This document shows, in pieces, positions 10,584-21,072 of a stretch of DNA of 64,000 bases. Position numbers and translations under genes: made by a program. The stretch is from contig CAXXUO010000003.1 in the NCBI GenBank assembly GCA_963666485.2, positions 288,001 through 352,000 of the forward strand, given 5' to 3'. The first letter of the stretch is position 1. Each line of letters opens with the position of its first letter. Below the pieces are notes generated by a model. That model was not told the origin of the DNA. It saw only the letters and a program-made list of their open reading frames with translations, and did no database searches. Origin of the DNA: Syntrophorhabdaceae bacterium (GTDB lineage: Bacteria > Desulfobacterota > Syntrophorhabdia > Syntrophorhabdales > Syntrophorhabdaceae).

Positions 10584-11846
10584 ATGAAGAGCAAGTTTTT
10601 CGATAAAAAAATCTTATCGTGGTGCCTCTTTGATTTCGCCAATTCAAGCTATTCGGCGGTGATCGCCGCTGTCATCTTCCCGGTCTACTACACGACATTT
10701 ATCGTGGGAAATGATGCGGGCCTGGGTGACGTCTGGTGGGGCAGGGCCATATCAGTCAGCATGGCGTTCGTGGCGCTCACCTCGCCGCTGCTTGGCGGGA
10801 TATCGGACTTCTCCGGTGCGCGAAAAAAATTCCTTTTCGTTTATACGATGACCTGCGTTCTCGCGACCGCATCGCTCATATTTCTCACGAAAGGCAGCAT
10901 ATTCACCGGGTTCCTTCTCGTCGTCCTTGCGAATATCGGGATGGAGGGCGGGATAGTATTCTATAATTCGTTCCTGAACGATATAGCCCGAAGCGACTAC
11001 CAGGGCCGGGTATCTGCGTGGGGGTTTGCGACCGGTTATCTCGGTTCGATCATTTCACTTCTTGCAGCCCTGCTGCTTATAAAGGCAGATCATATAACCC
11101 TTGCCTGGCCCATGTCGGCCATGTTCTTCCTTGTTTTTTCCCTGCCCGCTTTCCTGTTCCTTCCCCGGGATGGACAAAGGGGCGTTACAATTGCACGCGC
11201 GGCCGGGGAGGGCCTGAAGACAACCGTCGCTGTTTTGAAGACGATGTGGGCGAACACGCACCAGAGGAAATTTCTGCTCGCGTATCTCCTGTACGAAGAC
11301 GGCGTGAATACGGTCATTGTCTTCTCGAGTATTTTTGCCGCCACGACGCTCGGTTTCAAGTCGGAGGAACTGGTCGGGCTCTATCTCGTCGTGCAGGTGA
11401 CGGCACTGGCGGGCGCATTTATCATGGCGCGGCCCATAGACTACTGGGGCCCGAAAAAGGTCGTTTCGCTGTCCCTCGGGCTATGGGTCCTTGTAACCAT
11501 ACTTGTCTATTTTATCTACCGTAAAAACTATTTCTTTGCCGTTGCATCGATGGCGGGACTCGGCCTCGGAACTGTTCAGGCTGCGACGCGGGCATTCTTC
11601 GCGCAGTTCATCCCGCCCGGTGACGAATCAAAGTATTTCGGCGTGTACAGTCTTGTCGGCAAGACATCCGCCGTCCTTGGCCCCCTCATCTTCGGCGCGG
11701 TATCGTCGCTCACGAAAAATCAGCGCCCCGCCGTGGCCGCGGTATCCATACTTTTCATAGCCGGCTTTATTATTCTCCAGTTTGTTAAGGGGGGACAACC
11801 GAATGTCCCTTCCACCCCTCATCCCGGCGAAGATACTGCATCATAA
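10584..11846 (+). CDS. MFS transporter (UMF1/ATG22-like)
   Basis: W.LFDFANS, GRVSAWG...GYLG, ~12 hydrophobic segments. Confidence 0.85.
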   Translation: MKSKFFDKKILSWCLFDFANSSYSAVIAAVIFPVYYTTFIVGNDAGLGDVWWGRAISVSMAFVALTSPLLGGISDFSGARKKFLFVYTMTCVLATASLIFLTKGSIFTGFLLVVLANIGMEGGIVFYNSFLNDIARSDYQGRVSAWGFATGYLGSIISLLAALLLIKADHITLAWPMSAMFFLVFSLPAFLFLPRDGQRGVTIARAAGEGLKTTVAVLKTMWANTHQRKFLLAYLLYEDGVNTVIVFSSIFAATTLGFKSEELVGLYLVVQVTALAGAFIMARPIDYWGPKKVVSLSLGLWVLVTILVYFIYRKNYFFAVASMAGLGLGTVQAATRAFFAQFIPPGDESKYFGVYSLVGKTSAVLGPLIFGAVSSLTKNQRPAVAAVSILFIAGFIILQFVKGGQPNVPSTPHPGEDTAS

Positions 11847-11882
11847 TCATTTTTCCTATGCCGGATGAGTGCAAAAGAATCT

Positions 11883-12085
11883 GGATTTCCCCACCTCCGT
11901 CATTCCGGCGAAGGCCGGATTTCCCCACCTCCGTCATTCCGGCGAAGGCCGGAATCCAGGGTCTTTGTTGTTTCTGTTATTCAATAATATTCAAGAGTTG
12001 TAGTAAATCACTTTTAGTTTACGCATAGCGTTGATCAACAAAAAAAGACACTGGACCCCGGCCTTCGCCGGGGTGACGGGGTGGG
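11883..12085. repeat. CGTC-tagged REP cluster: 34-bp direct duplication plus an inverted REP copy
   Basis: GGATTTCCCCACCTCCGTCATTCCGGCGAAGGCC at 11883-11916 and 11917-11950; inverted CTGGACCCCGGCCTTCGCCGGGGTGACGGGGTGGG at 12051-12085. Confidence 0.9.
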
Positions 12086-12170
12086 TTAATTGCGACAGGC
12101 CCTTTCCGCAGGATGACGGTAAGAATTGTGGCACATCCTCTTTAAGGCCGGAGTGATGGGAATGAAGAAA

Positions 12171-13163
12171 CTAATCCTCGCTCTTAAATTCCCTTTTAAT
12201 TATATCCTTGAGTGACGCCGTGATGTCTTTGTTTTCGTAGACGATGCGGTAGAGCTCTTCGGTGATGGGCATGTCGACGCCGAGTTTTTTTGCAAGATTA
12301 TACGCAGCGTTGATCGTGTAATAACCTTCAACGACCGTTTTCTGGGATGCAATGATGTCGGCCGATCTTTTTCCCGAGGCGAGTTCGATGCCAAAAAGCC
12401 TGTTCCTGCTCAAGGCGCCGTATGACGTCAGAATGAGGTCCCCCATACCTGACAGGCCCATGAAGGTGGTTTCCCTGGCACCCAGCGCGCGTCCGAGCCT
12501 CTTTATCTCCGCGAGTGCCCGGGTGGTGAATGCCGCCTGCGTGTTCATCCCGAAATGAAGCCCGTCGATGATCCCCGAGCCGATAGCCATGACGTTTTTC
12601 AGGGCGCCGCCGAGCTCCACGCCGATTATGTCGTCGATGCGGTATACCCTGAAATAATCACTGTGTATCTGCTGTTGAAGCGAATGGGAAAAATCGATGT
12701 TCTTCGAAGCCACGACGGCCGCCGTGAACAGCCCCTGTGCGACCTCTTTTGCAAAAGAAGGGCCTGACAGGCTGGCGATATTGGCATCATCTGCACCGGT
12801 TATTTCTTCCACCACTTCGTTCATAAGTTTGAAGGTCGATCGCTCGATACCTTTTGTAAGGATGACGATCCTTTTCTTCTTTAATGTCGATCCAAAGGGT
12901 GTAAGTGTATCGCGGAGGGCAAACGACGGTGTTGCGATGATCGCGGTCCCGGCGAAATCGAGGGCGGTATCGATCGAATCGGTGAACCGGACCGTCCCGG
13001 GCAGGGAGAAGCCGGGGAGGAACATGGTGTTTTCGCGCACCCGGCCCATCTCCGGTACGAGATCTTTCTCGTAGGCCCAGAGCATGACCTCGCCGCCGAT
13101 ACGGGCGCAGTGAATCGCAAATGCCGTCCCCCACGCCCCGGCGCCTATCACGCTAATTTTCAT
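12171..13163 (-). CDS. gpsA: NAD(P)H-dependent glycerol-3-phosphate dehydrogenase
   Basis: [38 protein letters not shown]. Confidence 0.95.
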   Translation of the reverse strand: MKISVIGAGAWGTAFAIHCARIGGEVMLWAYEKDLVPEMGRVRENTMFLPGFSLPGTVRFTDSIDTALDFAGTAIIATPSFALRDTLTPFGSTLKKKRIVILTKGIERSTFKLMNEVVEEITGADDANIASLSGPSFAKEVAQGLFTAAVVASKNIDFSHSLQQQIHSDYFRVYRIDDIIGVELGGALKNVMAIGSGIIDGLHFGMNTQAAFTTRALAEIKRLGRALGARETTFMGLSGMGDLILTSYGALSRNRLFGIELASGKRSADIIASQKTVVEGYYTINAAYNLAKKLGVDMPITEELYRIVYENKDITASLKDIIKREFKSED

Positions 13164-15625
13164 TCGATGCCTTCCGTGTTGTCGATACCTTCTCCGTTGT
13201 CCATCTCACCTTCTTCGATGAGCGCCACGCCGCTGATCACCTCGCCCTCGTTGAGCCCCATCAATTTAACGCCGAGCCCTCCCCGTTTCTGGACCGGTAT
13301 GTTGCTGGACCGGAACCTGATGGTGCGTCCCGTGTCTGTAACGAGGATGACGCTTTCCTTCTCGTCGAGGCGGTTGAGGCTCACGACCTTGCCATTCTTC
13401 GAGCCGCACCTGACATTGATGATGCCGGACCCGCCGCGTGCCTGGAGCCTGTAATCCGAGCACGGTGCGCACTTGCCGTACCCTTTCTCCGTAACGGTGA
13501 AAATGGTGCAGGATTCGTCGACTGTGACAGACGATACGACCTCGTCGGAGGCTTTCTTGAAGCGGATACCCCTCACGCCGTAGGCCGGCCTCCCCATGGG
13601 ACGGATCTCGTCTTCCTTGAAGCGTATGGAAAGCCCGAACTTGGTGGCCAGCATGATCTCGCCATGCCCCGCTGTTTCAAGCACGTTGATCAGGCTGTCG
13701 TCGTCAGGGAGCGTGATGGCCTTTATGCCGTTTGCGCGGATATTTTTGAGAAGATCGAGGCTCATTCTCTTGACATGCCCTTTCTTCGTGACGAAGAACA
13801 GGAACCTGTCCTCCGAATATTCCTTGACATGGGCGACAGCTGTTATGCGTTCGTCCTTCTCGAGGTTGATCAAGTGCACGATCGGCTTACCCTTTGACGT
13901 GAGCGACGCTTCGGGGATGGTGTGGACGCGCACTGTATGCACTTTGCCGGTATTGGTGAAGAAAAGAATGTTCGAGTGGGTCGATGCTATGTAGAGATGG
14001 TCGACGAAATCCTCTTCGCGGACGACGATACCCGTCCGTCCTTTGCCGCCGCGTCCCTGGTTCCGGTACTGATCGAGAGACGTGCGCTTTATATATCCCT
14101 TGTTCGTGATCGTGACGACAACTTCCTCTTCCTTGATCATATCTTCGAGGGTGATCTCGGGAACGTAGTCGACGATCTCGGTCAGGCGCTTGTCGCCGTA
14201 CTTGTCGCGGATCTCGATGAGCTCTTTCTTGACGAGGTCCATCAGTATCGATTCATTAGCGAGCAGAAGGCGCAGGCGCTCAATTTCTTCCGCTGTTGTC
14301 CTGTGATCGTCGAGGATCTTCTGACGCTCGAGCGAGGTGAGCCTCTGGAGGCGCATCTCAAGAATATTGGTGGCCTGCCTTTCGGAGAAAGAGAACCGGG
14401 CCATGAGGCCTTCCCTGGCTTCCGGCGTGTTCGCCGCCCCGCGTATGATGGCGATGACCTCGTCAATATGGTCAAGGGCGGTCTTCAGGCCCTCGAGCAG
14501 ATGCAGCCTATCCACGGCCTTGTTGAGCTCGAAGGTGGACCTTTTTGTCACGATCTCCTTACGGAATTCGACAAATTCGTGCAGCATCTCCTTCAAGGTG
14601 AGGAGTTTCGGTTCGTTGTTGACGATCGTCAGGAATATGATGCCGAACGTTGTCTGGAGCTGTGTATGCTTGTAGAGCTTGTTGAGGATAGGCTCCGGGA
14701 TCTCACCTTTTTTGAGGTCGATCACGATGCGCATCCCTTCGCGGCTCGATTCGTCCTTTATGTTCGATATGCCTTCGATCCTCTTCGTGTTTATCAGTTC
14801 GACGATGCTTTCGATCAGGCGGGCCTTGTTGACCTGGTACGGTATCTCGGTGATGACGATAGACTCTCTGTTGTCCTTCTTGCGGGTCTCGATGTCGGCC
14901 CTGGCCCGCAGAACGATATGCCCCCGGCCACTCTGGTAAGCCTCGATGATCCCCTGCCTGCCGAATATGATGCCCTGCGTCGGAAAATCGGGCCCGGGCA
15001 CGATCTGCATGAGCTCGTTTAGTGGTATGTCCCTGTTCCCTATGAAAGCGATGAGCCCGTCTATCACCTCCGTCATATTGTGCGGCGGGATATTTGTCGC
15101 CATTCCGACGGCAATGCCCGAAGAGCCGTTTATGAGAAGGTTTGGCAGGCGGGAAGGCATGACGATCGGTTCCACCAGGGAGTCGTCGTAGTTGGGCCTG
15201 AAGGACACGGTGTCCTTTTCGATGTCCTTCAGTATCTCCTCGGCGATCCGGGACAGGCGTATTTCCGTGTACCTCATAGCCGCCGGCGCGTCGCCGTCAA
15301 CGGAGCCGAAATTGCCCTGGCCATCGACAAGCGGGTAGCGGAGCGAAAAATCCTGGACCATCCTTGTTATCGCATCATATACGGCCTGGTCCCCATGGGG
15401 GTGGAACTTACCGATGACGTCACCGACCACCCTTGCCGATTTCTTGTAGGGCTTGTCATGGGTGTTGTTCAGTTCGTACATCGCATACAGGATCCTGCGG
15501 TGAACGGGTTTCAACCCGTCGCGTATGTCCGGCAATGCCCGGCCTATGATGGTGCTCATCGCATAGTCCAGGTACGACCGTTTCATCTCCTCTTCTATAG
15601 GAACGGTTACTACAGATGACAGCAT
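13160..15625 (-). CDS. gyrA: DNA gyrase subunit A
   Basis: [28 protein letters not shown], GyrA-box QGRGGKG, beta-pinwheel CTD. Confidence 0.97.
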   Translation of the reverse strand: MLSSVVTVPIEEEMKRSYLDYAMSTIIGRALPDIRDGLKPVHRRILYAMYELNNTHDKPYKKSARVVGDVIGKFHPHGDQAVYDAITRMVQDFSLRYPLVDGQGNFGSVDGDAPAAMRYTEIRLSRIAEEILKDIEKDTVSFRPNYDDSLVEPIVMPSRLPNLLINGSSGIAVGMATNIPPHNMTEVIDGLIAFIGNRDIPLNELMQIVPGPDFPTQGIIFGRQGIIEAYQSGRGHIVLRARADIETRKKDNRESIVITEIPYQVNKARLIESIVELINTKRIEGISNIKDESSREGMRIVIDLKKGEIPEPILNKLYKHTQLQTTFGIIFLTIVNNEPKLLTLKEMLHEFVEFRKEIVTKRSTFELNKAVDRLHLLEGLKTALDHIDEVIAIIRGAANTPEAREGLMARFSFSERQATNILEMRLQRLTSLERQKILDDHRTTAEEIERLRLLLANESILMDLVKKELIEIRDKYGDKRLTEIVDYVPEITLEDMIKEEEVVVTITNKGYIKRTSLDQYRNQGRGGKGRTGIVVREEDFVDHLYIASTHSNILFFTNTGKVHTVRVHTIPEASLTSKGKPIVHLINLEKDERITAVAHVKEYSEDRFLFFVTKKGHVKRMSLDLLKNIRANGIKAITLPDDDSLINVLETAGHGEIMLATKFGLSIRFKEDEIRPMGRPAYGVRGIRFKKASDEVVSSVTVDESCTIFTVTEKGYGKCAPCSDYRLQARGGSGIINVRCGSKNGKVVSLNRLDEKESVILVTDTGRTIRFRSSNIPVQKRGGLGVKLMGLNEGEVISGVALIEEGEMDNGEGIDNTEGIE

Positions 15626-15863
15626 TCATGTCCTCCGGATCGATCGTGGAATTTTTTGTTTTAATGTACCATATTTCAGGCCTTAAATCCATGAATACAG
15701 GCAGTTTTTATGCTCATCCGTACCGCGGGCCGGAGGCCCGGGAAGGCTGCTTCTGCTCGGGGGACCGGCATGGGCTTAAAAGCTGAGGATACACGCCGGA
15801 TTAAGTCATTTTATGTAAATAACAGGTTGACAAGGATACGTGCTTCGGGGAAAATAATGGACA

Positions 15864-16202
15864 ATGAAAAAGCTATTTGCCGTTATGATCGTCTTATCTA
15901 TCGCGCTTGTTCTCCCCGCCTGCGGCAAGGAGGCGAAGAGCCTCAAGGAGGAACTGAGGGTCGTAAAGGAAGAGAACAGTTTCCTGAAGGCCGAAAATAT
16001 CGCTTTAAAGAAAGAGGTCGAAGAACTCTACAGGAAGCTCGAAGAAAAAGACAAGACGAAAGCCCTACCGGCACCGCAGGTCCAGCCGGCCCCGGCAAAG
16101 ACCGATCAGCCGAAGAAGGACGCGAAGCCGGCGGCTGCCGCCAAAACCCCCGAAAAACCCGCAGAGAAGGTCAAGAGACCGGACGCGGAGAAACCAAGGT
16201 AG
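15864..16202 (+). CDS. Coiled-coil lipoprotein with a Pro/Lys/Ala-rich tail
   Basis: Signal peptide with lipobox LPAC, heptad repeat, low-complexity tail. Confidence 0.75.
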   Translation: MKKLFAVMIVLSIALVLPACGKEAKSLKEELRVVKEENSFLKAENIALKKEVEELYRKLEEKDKTKALPAPQVQPAPAKTDQPKKDAKPAAAAKTPEKPAEKVKRPDAEKPR

Positions 16203-16252
16203 CACCGGCCCCGAACCGTACCGCTTTTATTCATCACCAGGGTTGAGCCTAT

Positions 16253-17002
16253 ATGCGATCAGATGGCAGGAGAAATATTTCCCTCGTTGTCGAATACGAA
16301 GGGACGAACTATCACGGGTGGCAGTGCCAGCCGAACGGCACGACCGTGGAAGAGGTCCTGAGGCTCGCGGTCGAAAGAATAGTAGACCATCCGGTCAAGC
16401 TCTACAGCGCAGGTCGGACGGATGCGGGTGTCCATGCCTTCGGGCAGGTGGTAAACTTCTTTACGGACAAAACCATACCCCTTTTCAACGTCGTCAGGGG
16501 GGTGAACAGCATGCTGCCTCAGGACATACGCGTGAGGACGGCACATGATGAGGACCCGTCATTTCACGCCCGGTACAGCGCGAAAAGCAAAACATACGTT
16601 TACAGCATATATAACGCCCCCGGTTTTTCTCCTTTCTCGGTCCGCTATTCCTGGCATTACCCCTTTCCCCTCGATAGCGCATCGATGAACGATGCGATAC
16701 AATCGGTTGTGGGCACGCATGATTTTTCATCGTTCAAGAAAAAGAACGAGCCGTACCGCAGCTGCGAGCGGGAGGTATTGAGGGCACGGGTCTTTCGAAA
16801 GGGGCCATTCGTCCATGTCATTATCGAGGCGACCGGGTTTTTGCGCTACATGGTAAGGAACATTGTCGGGACGCTCATTTCTGTCGGGACGGGAAAGATG
16901 ACGCCGGACGAATTCCGGGGGGTCATCGAGGAGAGGGACAGGGACCGGGCAGGGGCGACAGCGCCGCCGCAGGGGCTGTTCCTGAGAAGAGTGAGATATT
17001 GA
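16253..17002 (+). CDS. truA: tRNA pseudouridine(38-40) synthase
   Basis: YEGT.YHGWQ.Q, AGRTDAGVHA, FLRYMVRNIVG, TAPPQGLFL. Confidence 0.95.
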   Translation: MRSDGRRNISLVVEYEGTNYHGWQCQPNGTTVEEVLRLAVERIVDHPVKLYSAGRTDAGVHAFGQVVNFFTDKTIPLFNVVRGVNSMLPQDIRVRTAHDEDPSFHARYSAKSKTYVYSIYNAPGFSPFSVRYSWHYPFPLDSASMNDAIQSVVGTHDFSSFKKKNEPYRSCEREVLRARVFRKGPFVHVIIEATGFLRYMVRNIVGTLISVGTGKMTPDEFRGVIEERDRDRAGATAPPQGLFLRRVRY

Positions 17003-17008
17003 AAAGAT

Positions 17009-17038
17009 GGTTCAAGGTTCAAAGTTCAAGGTTCAAAG
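17009..17038. repeat. GTTCAA(A/G) heptamer array
   Basis: GGTTCAAGGTTCAAAGTTCAAGGTTCAAA directly after the truA stop. Confidence 0.9.
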
Positions 17039-17071
17039 GTGCTCCATTTTGGGCTCTGCGGGGGACAGATA

Positions 17072-18187
17072 ATGGGTGAGTATACTTTGGCGGCTACGGC
17101 GGCATTTGGGCTCGAGGCGGTGGTGGCGCGGGAACTGAAGGGTCTCGGGTACGAAAATAGCTCGGTCGAAAATGGCCGGGTGTTGTTTTCGGGCGAGGAA
17201 AAGGATATTGCACGGGCGAATATCTGGCTCAGATGTGCGGACCGGGTCCTCATGAGAGTGGGGCAGTTCCGGGCGGGGGATTTCGAGGAGCTGTTTCAGG
17301 GAGTGCGCACTATACCGTGGGGACGGTATATATCTTCGACGGGGGTGGTCAACGTGACGGGCCGGTCCGTCAAATCGGTGTTGACGAGCATCCCGGCGTG
17401 CCAGTCCGTCGTCAAGAAGGCCATCATGGAGTCAATGAAAAAGCGGTACGGGCTGGAACATTTTCCCGAAGACGGTCCCGTGCACGGGATCGAGTTCTCG
17501 CTCGAGGGCGACGTCGCGGCTGTGTACATGGACACGACGGGGCCGGGACTCCATAAGCGCGGTTACAGGACGGGTACAGGGCAGGCGGCCCTGAGGGAAA
17601 CCCTGGCGGCCGGTCTTGTGATACTGAGCCGTTGGAAACCGGGTATGCCTTTCGTTGACCCCTTCTGCGGGTCCGGGACCATAGCGATCGAAGCCGCGAT
17701 GATAGGCTGGAACATCGCCCCCGGTCTAAACAGGGAATTTGCATCGGAGAAATGGAAATTCATTGCCCCCGACATATGGGGGAAGGCCCGCCGTCTTGCG
17801 CACAAGGAGGAGCGGAAGGTCACGCTGGATATAACGGCATCGGATATCGATGATCACGTTATCGTCAAAGCACGGCACAACGCGCGGCACGCAGGCGTCC
17901 TGTCAGCCATTAAATTTGAGAGACGCACCATAAGGGACCTTACATTCCCCGCGGAACGAGGCATCGTTGTCTGCAATCCTCCCTACGGCGAGAGGTCGGG
18001 GGATAAAAAAGCCGCAGGCGAATTGATGAAAGAAATGCGGGAAACATTCGATCGCGCCCGCGACTGGTCGTTCTTTGTGTTCACAGGTCTTGAAGATTTC
18101 GAGAAGTACTACGGAAAACACGCCGATTCCAACCGTAAGCTGTATAATGGGAGGATAAAGTGTTATCTGTATCAGTTCAAATCGTAA
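17072..18187 (+). CDS. THUMP-domain RNA methyltransferase (RlmL-like)
   Basis: GLE.VV..EL, LHKRGYR, LRETLAA, DPFCGSGT, NPPYGER. Confidence 0.88.
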   Translation: MGEYTLAATAAFGLEAVVARELKGLGYENSSVENGRVLFSGEEKDIARANIWLRCADRVLMRVGQFRAGDFEELFQGVRTIPWGRYISSTGVVNVTGRSVKSVLTSIPACQSVVKKAIMESMKKRYGLEHFPEDGPVHGIEFSLEGDVAAVYMDTTGPGLHKRGYRTGTGQAALRETLAAGLVILSRWKPGMPFVDPFCGSGTIAIEAAMIGWNIAPGLNREFASEKWKFIAPDIWGKARRLAHKEERKVTLDITASDIDDHVIVKARHNARHAGVLSAIKFERRTIRDLTFPAERGIVVCNPPYGERSGDKKAAGELMKEMRETFDRARDWSFFVFTGLEDFEKYYGKHADSNRKLYNGRIKCYLYQFKS

Positions 18188-18347
18188 GGCGTAAGGCGTA
18201 AGGCGTAAGGCTTTTCTTCACCTGTCAAGAATTTTTAAAAAAGGCCAGATATCTGCCGGGATATCAGACGTTAACAAAGGCCGTCATTCCGGCTTGCCGG
18301 AATCCAGTGTCTTTGTTTTTTAACGCCTTACGCTCTCACGCCTTACG
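18183..18347. repeat. Inverted CGTAAGG heptamer arrays enclosing a CGTC-tagged REP
   Basis: (CGTAAGG)x4 at 18183-18210; CCTTACG copies at 18326-18347; REP CGTCATTCCGGCTTGCCGGAATCCAG at 18282-18307. Confidence 0.85.
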
Positions 18348-18792
18348 GTTTTTTCAAATCCGCCGTGCAATGCGCACATTTCACCGCAAGAACGGGTATT
18401 GTGGAAAGGCAATAGGGACATTCCTTCGTCACGGGCTCTGCCGGGGCAGACTGCCGATTCAGACGGTTGACGTTCTTTACGAGTATGAAAACACAGAATG
18501 CGACGATCAGGAAACTTATGATCGTGTTGATAAAAACGCCGTAATTTACAGTGACCGCGCCTGCCGCCTTGGCCTGGGCAATGGTCTCGTACGGGGGAGG
18601 GACCTTTCCGGCCTTCAGGACAACGAAGAAACTCGAGAAATCGATATTGCCGAGCATAAGGCCGACAGGGGGCATGATGATGTCGTCCACAAGTGATTTG
18701 ACGATAGTCACGAACGCCGCTCCTATGATGATGCCGACGGCCATGTCGACGACATTGCCGCGCATGATAAACTCCCTGAATTCCTTACCCAT
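18343..18792 (-). CDS. mscL: Large-conductance mechanosensitive channel with C-terminal CxxC...CxxC
   Basis: [28 protein letters not shown]...CAHC tail. Confidence 0.95.
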   Translation of the reverse strand: MGKEFREFIMRGNVVDMAVGIIIGAAFVTIVKSLVDDIIMPPVGLMLGNIDFSSFFVVLKAGKVPPPYETIAQAKAAGAVTVNYGVFINTIISFLIVAFCVFILVKNVNRLNRQSAPAEPVTKECPYCLSTIPVLAVKCAHCTADLKKP

Positions 18793-18909
18793 TTGTACCT
18801 CCTTGCGGCGCGAGTATTTGCCTCTCTATAAATTTTACCTTATGATTGATAAATGGGTGAAAGAAAATAATCGGCGGGCGACGTACATCCGCATGCAGGG
18901 AGGCGCAGC

Positions 18910-19770
18910 ATGAAGAAGACGGGTTTCATAGGTTTAGGTTATTTGGGCAGCGCCATAGCGCGCCGGCTCATCTCTGAAGGCATGGAACTCGTTGTCTGGA
19001 ACAGGACGAGGGATAAAGCGATGGACCTCGGGATGGAGATCGCCCCCTCACCTGCGGACCTTGCGCGCCAGGCAGATGTCATTTTCCTGAGCCTGTTCGA
19101 CAGTGCGGCGGTCAGGGAGGTCCTCTCCGGCAGGAACGGGATGCTCGAGGCGGACCTTTTGGGGAAATTGATCATAGACACGACAACCAACCATTTCGAT
19201 GATGTTCTTTCGTTTCACGAAGCGTGTGCGGAAGCCGGATGCCGGTACGTCGAGGCCCCTGTTCTCGGGAGTGTTGTCCCGGCGTCCCAGGGAAACCTCG
19301 TCGTGCTCGCAAGCGGGCAGGCGGAGGCGTTCGATGCAGCCCGTCCTTTTCTGGAAAAGATCGGAAAGAACATGTTTTTCCTCGGCGAACCCGGTCTTGC
19401 TACTAAAATGAAACTCGTCAATAACCTCGTCCTCGGAAATTTTATGGCGGTCATTGCAGAGGCGGTGGTGATGGGCGAGAAGACAGGCCTCGAGACCGGG
19501 GCCGTGCTCGAGATATTGTCTGCCGGTGCCGGCAATTCCGGCGTCATGAACGCAAAAAAGCAAAAGATCGTCAATAACGACTTTGAAACACACTTTTCTG
19601 CGGCACTCATCTACAAAGACCTCCACTACCTGCAGGACCTCGCAAAAACACTGGGCACGCCTTTATTCACCGCCGCCGTCACAAAAGAGCTTTTCGGAAT
19701 GACATTCAAGGACAATAACCAGGCATTGGATATGGCAGTGATCTATAAGGTGTTGAAAGACCGTCGCTGA
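18910..19770 (+). CDS. 3-hydroxyisobutyrate dehydrogenase-family NAD(P)-dependent oxidoreductase
   Basis: GFIGLGYLG, WNRT, EAPVLGS, MKLVNN, KDL. Confidence 0.88.
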   Translation: MKKTGFIGLGYLGSAIARRLISEGMELVVWNRTRDKAMDLGMEIAPSPADLARQADVIFLSLFDSAAVREVLSGRNGMLEADLLGKLIIDTTTNHFDDVLSFHEACAEAGCRYVEAPVLGSVVPASQGNLVVLASGQAEAFDAARPFLEKIGKNMFFLGEPGLATKMKLVNNLVLGNFMAVIAEAVVMGEKTGLETGAVLEILSAGAGNSGVMNAKKQKIVNNDFETHFSAALIYKDLHYLQDLAKTLGTPLFTAAVTKELFGMTFKDNNQALDMAVIYKVLKDRR

Positions 19771-19834
19771 ACGGGGGCTCTATTAACAGAATCTTTGGTA
19801 CGCACTGACCCATAAAGCACCAAGCTGCTGTCTT

Positions 19835-19865
19835 TAACTTTGAACTTTGAACCTTGAACCGTCTT
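19835..19865. repeat. GTTCAA(A/G) heptamer array (minus orientation)
   Basis: TTAACTTTGAACTTTGAACCTTGAACCGTCTT. Confidence 0.85.
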
Positions 19866-19886
19866 TTAGCATAACCTATCATCCCG

Positions 19887-19915
19887 TTGACTTTACTATT
19901 CCCGTCTGCTAACGT
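19887..19915 (+). promoter_or_regulatory. Sigma70-type promoter of corA (probably leaderless transcript)
   Basis: TTGACT-17 nt-TAACGT with an extended TG; ATG lies 8 nt after the -10 with no SD. Confidence 0.55.
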
Positions 19916-19922
19916 GTCCTAA

Positions 19923-20987
19923 ATGCCCACAACGTCCACACGCGGCTCATCCAAGGCGGGGCTCCCCCCGGGGACCCTGGTGCATTTAGGCAGGCATGTC
20001 GTCGAAAAAGCCACATTCACGGTTATCAATTACGACGAAGCCCATTTCAGGATCAAGGAAACATCGAACCTCGAGGAATGCTTCTCTCTCATTGACCCGT
20101 CGATGATCACCTGGATCAATGTGGATGCGGTCAGCGACCCGCAAACGATCGAGACTATAGGGACACATTTCGGGCTCCATCCGTTGCTCCTCGAAGACAT
20201 AATGAACACGGACCAGAGACCCAAAATGGACGATTACGAGGACTATCTTTTTCTCGTCCTGAAAATGATCCTGATAAATGTGGACACGAGAGGGCCGGAA
20301 GCCGACCAGATCAGCTTCGTGCTCGGCAGGAATTATCTCATATCGTTTTTGGAAAGACCGGGCGAAGTATTCCTCCCCGCGATAGAGAGGCTCGAGAACG
20401 GGAAGTCACGGATCCGCAAGAATGGGCCGGATTACCTGCTCTACACTCTTGTCGATATTATCGTCGACAACTACTTCGCTATTATCGATAAAGGAAGTGA
20501 GATACTCGAGGAACTCGAAGCACGGGTTGTCGCAGGCGCGCGGACGGACACGCTTGTCGATATCCAGAAAAGAAAACGGGACTTCCTGTTCCTCAGGAAA
20601 TCGATCGCTCCCCTGCGGGACGTGATGATGAGCATTGAGCGGAACGATACAGACCTTATTTCACCTTCATTGATGATCTTTTTCCGGGATATCGCGGACC
20701 ATTCCATACGCGTCATTGACAACATCGAGACATCACGCGAAATGCTGTCGGGGATGCTCGACATCTATCTTTCGAGCGTAAGCAATCGCCTCAATGAGGT
20801 CATGAAAGTGCTCACCATCATATCGACCATATTCATACCCCTCACATTCATCGCCGGTGTTTACGGGATGAATTTCAAGAATATGCCGGAAATAGAGATG
20901 CATTACGGCTACTACGCCTGCCTCGCACTCATGGGGTGCGTCGTTATAACGATGCTCGTCTTTTTTTGGCGAAAGAAATGGTTCTAA
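19923..20987 (+). CDS. corA: Magnesium/cobalt transporter CorA
   Basis: HPLLLEDI, QRPK, YGMNF signature, two C-terminal TMs. Confidence 0.95.
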   Translation: MPTTSTRGSSKAGLPPGTLVHLGRHVVEKATFTVINYDEAHFRIKETSNLEECFSLIDPSMITWINVDAVSDPQTIETIGTHFGLHPLLLEDIMNTDQRPKMDDYEDYLFLVLKMILINVDTRGPEADQISFVLGRNYLISFLERPGEVFLPAIERLENGKSRIRKNGPDYLLYTLVDIIVDNYFAIIDKGSEILEELEARVVAGARTDTLVDIQKRKRDFLFLRKSIAPLRDVMMSIERNDTDLISPSLMIFFRDIADHSIRVIDNIETSREMLSGMLDIYLSSVSNRLNEVMKVLTIISTIFIPLTFIAGVYGMNFKNMPEIEMHYGYYACLALMGCVVITMLVFFWRKKWF

Positions 20988-20996
20988 TATAAAACC

Positions 20997-21067
20997 GGTT
21001 CAAGGTTCAAGGTTCAAAGTTCAAGGCTAAAAGCATGTCCCCGTTGAAACCTTGAAACCTTGAACTT
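20997..21067. repeat. Inverted pair of GTTCAA(A/G) arrays between convergent genes
   Basis: (GTTCAAR)x4 at 20998-21025 and TTGAAACC/TTGAAC copies at 21044-21067. Confidence 0.85.
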
Positions 21068-21072
21068 TTTGT

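Noticed and set aside
13922..15022. Long antisense and alternate-frame ORFs (e.g. 13922-15022, 5619-6584, 36896-37966, 41662-42573)
   Set aside because: Shadows of well-supported genes caused by GC-rich codon bias; no recognisable motifs
13160..15625. parC rather than gyrA, since gyrB is not adjacent
   Set aside because: An intact GyrA-box (QGRGGKG) and a full CTD indicate gyrase
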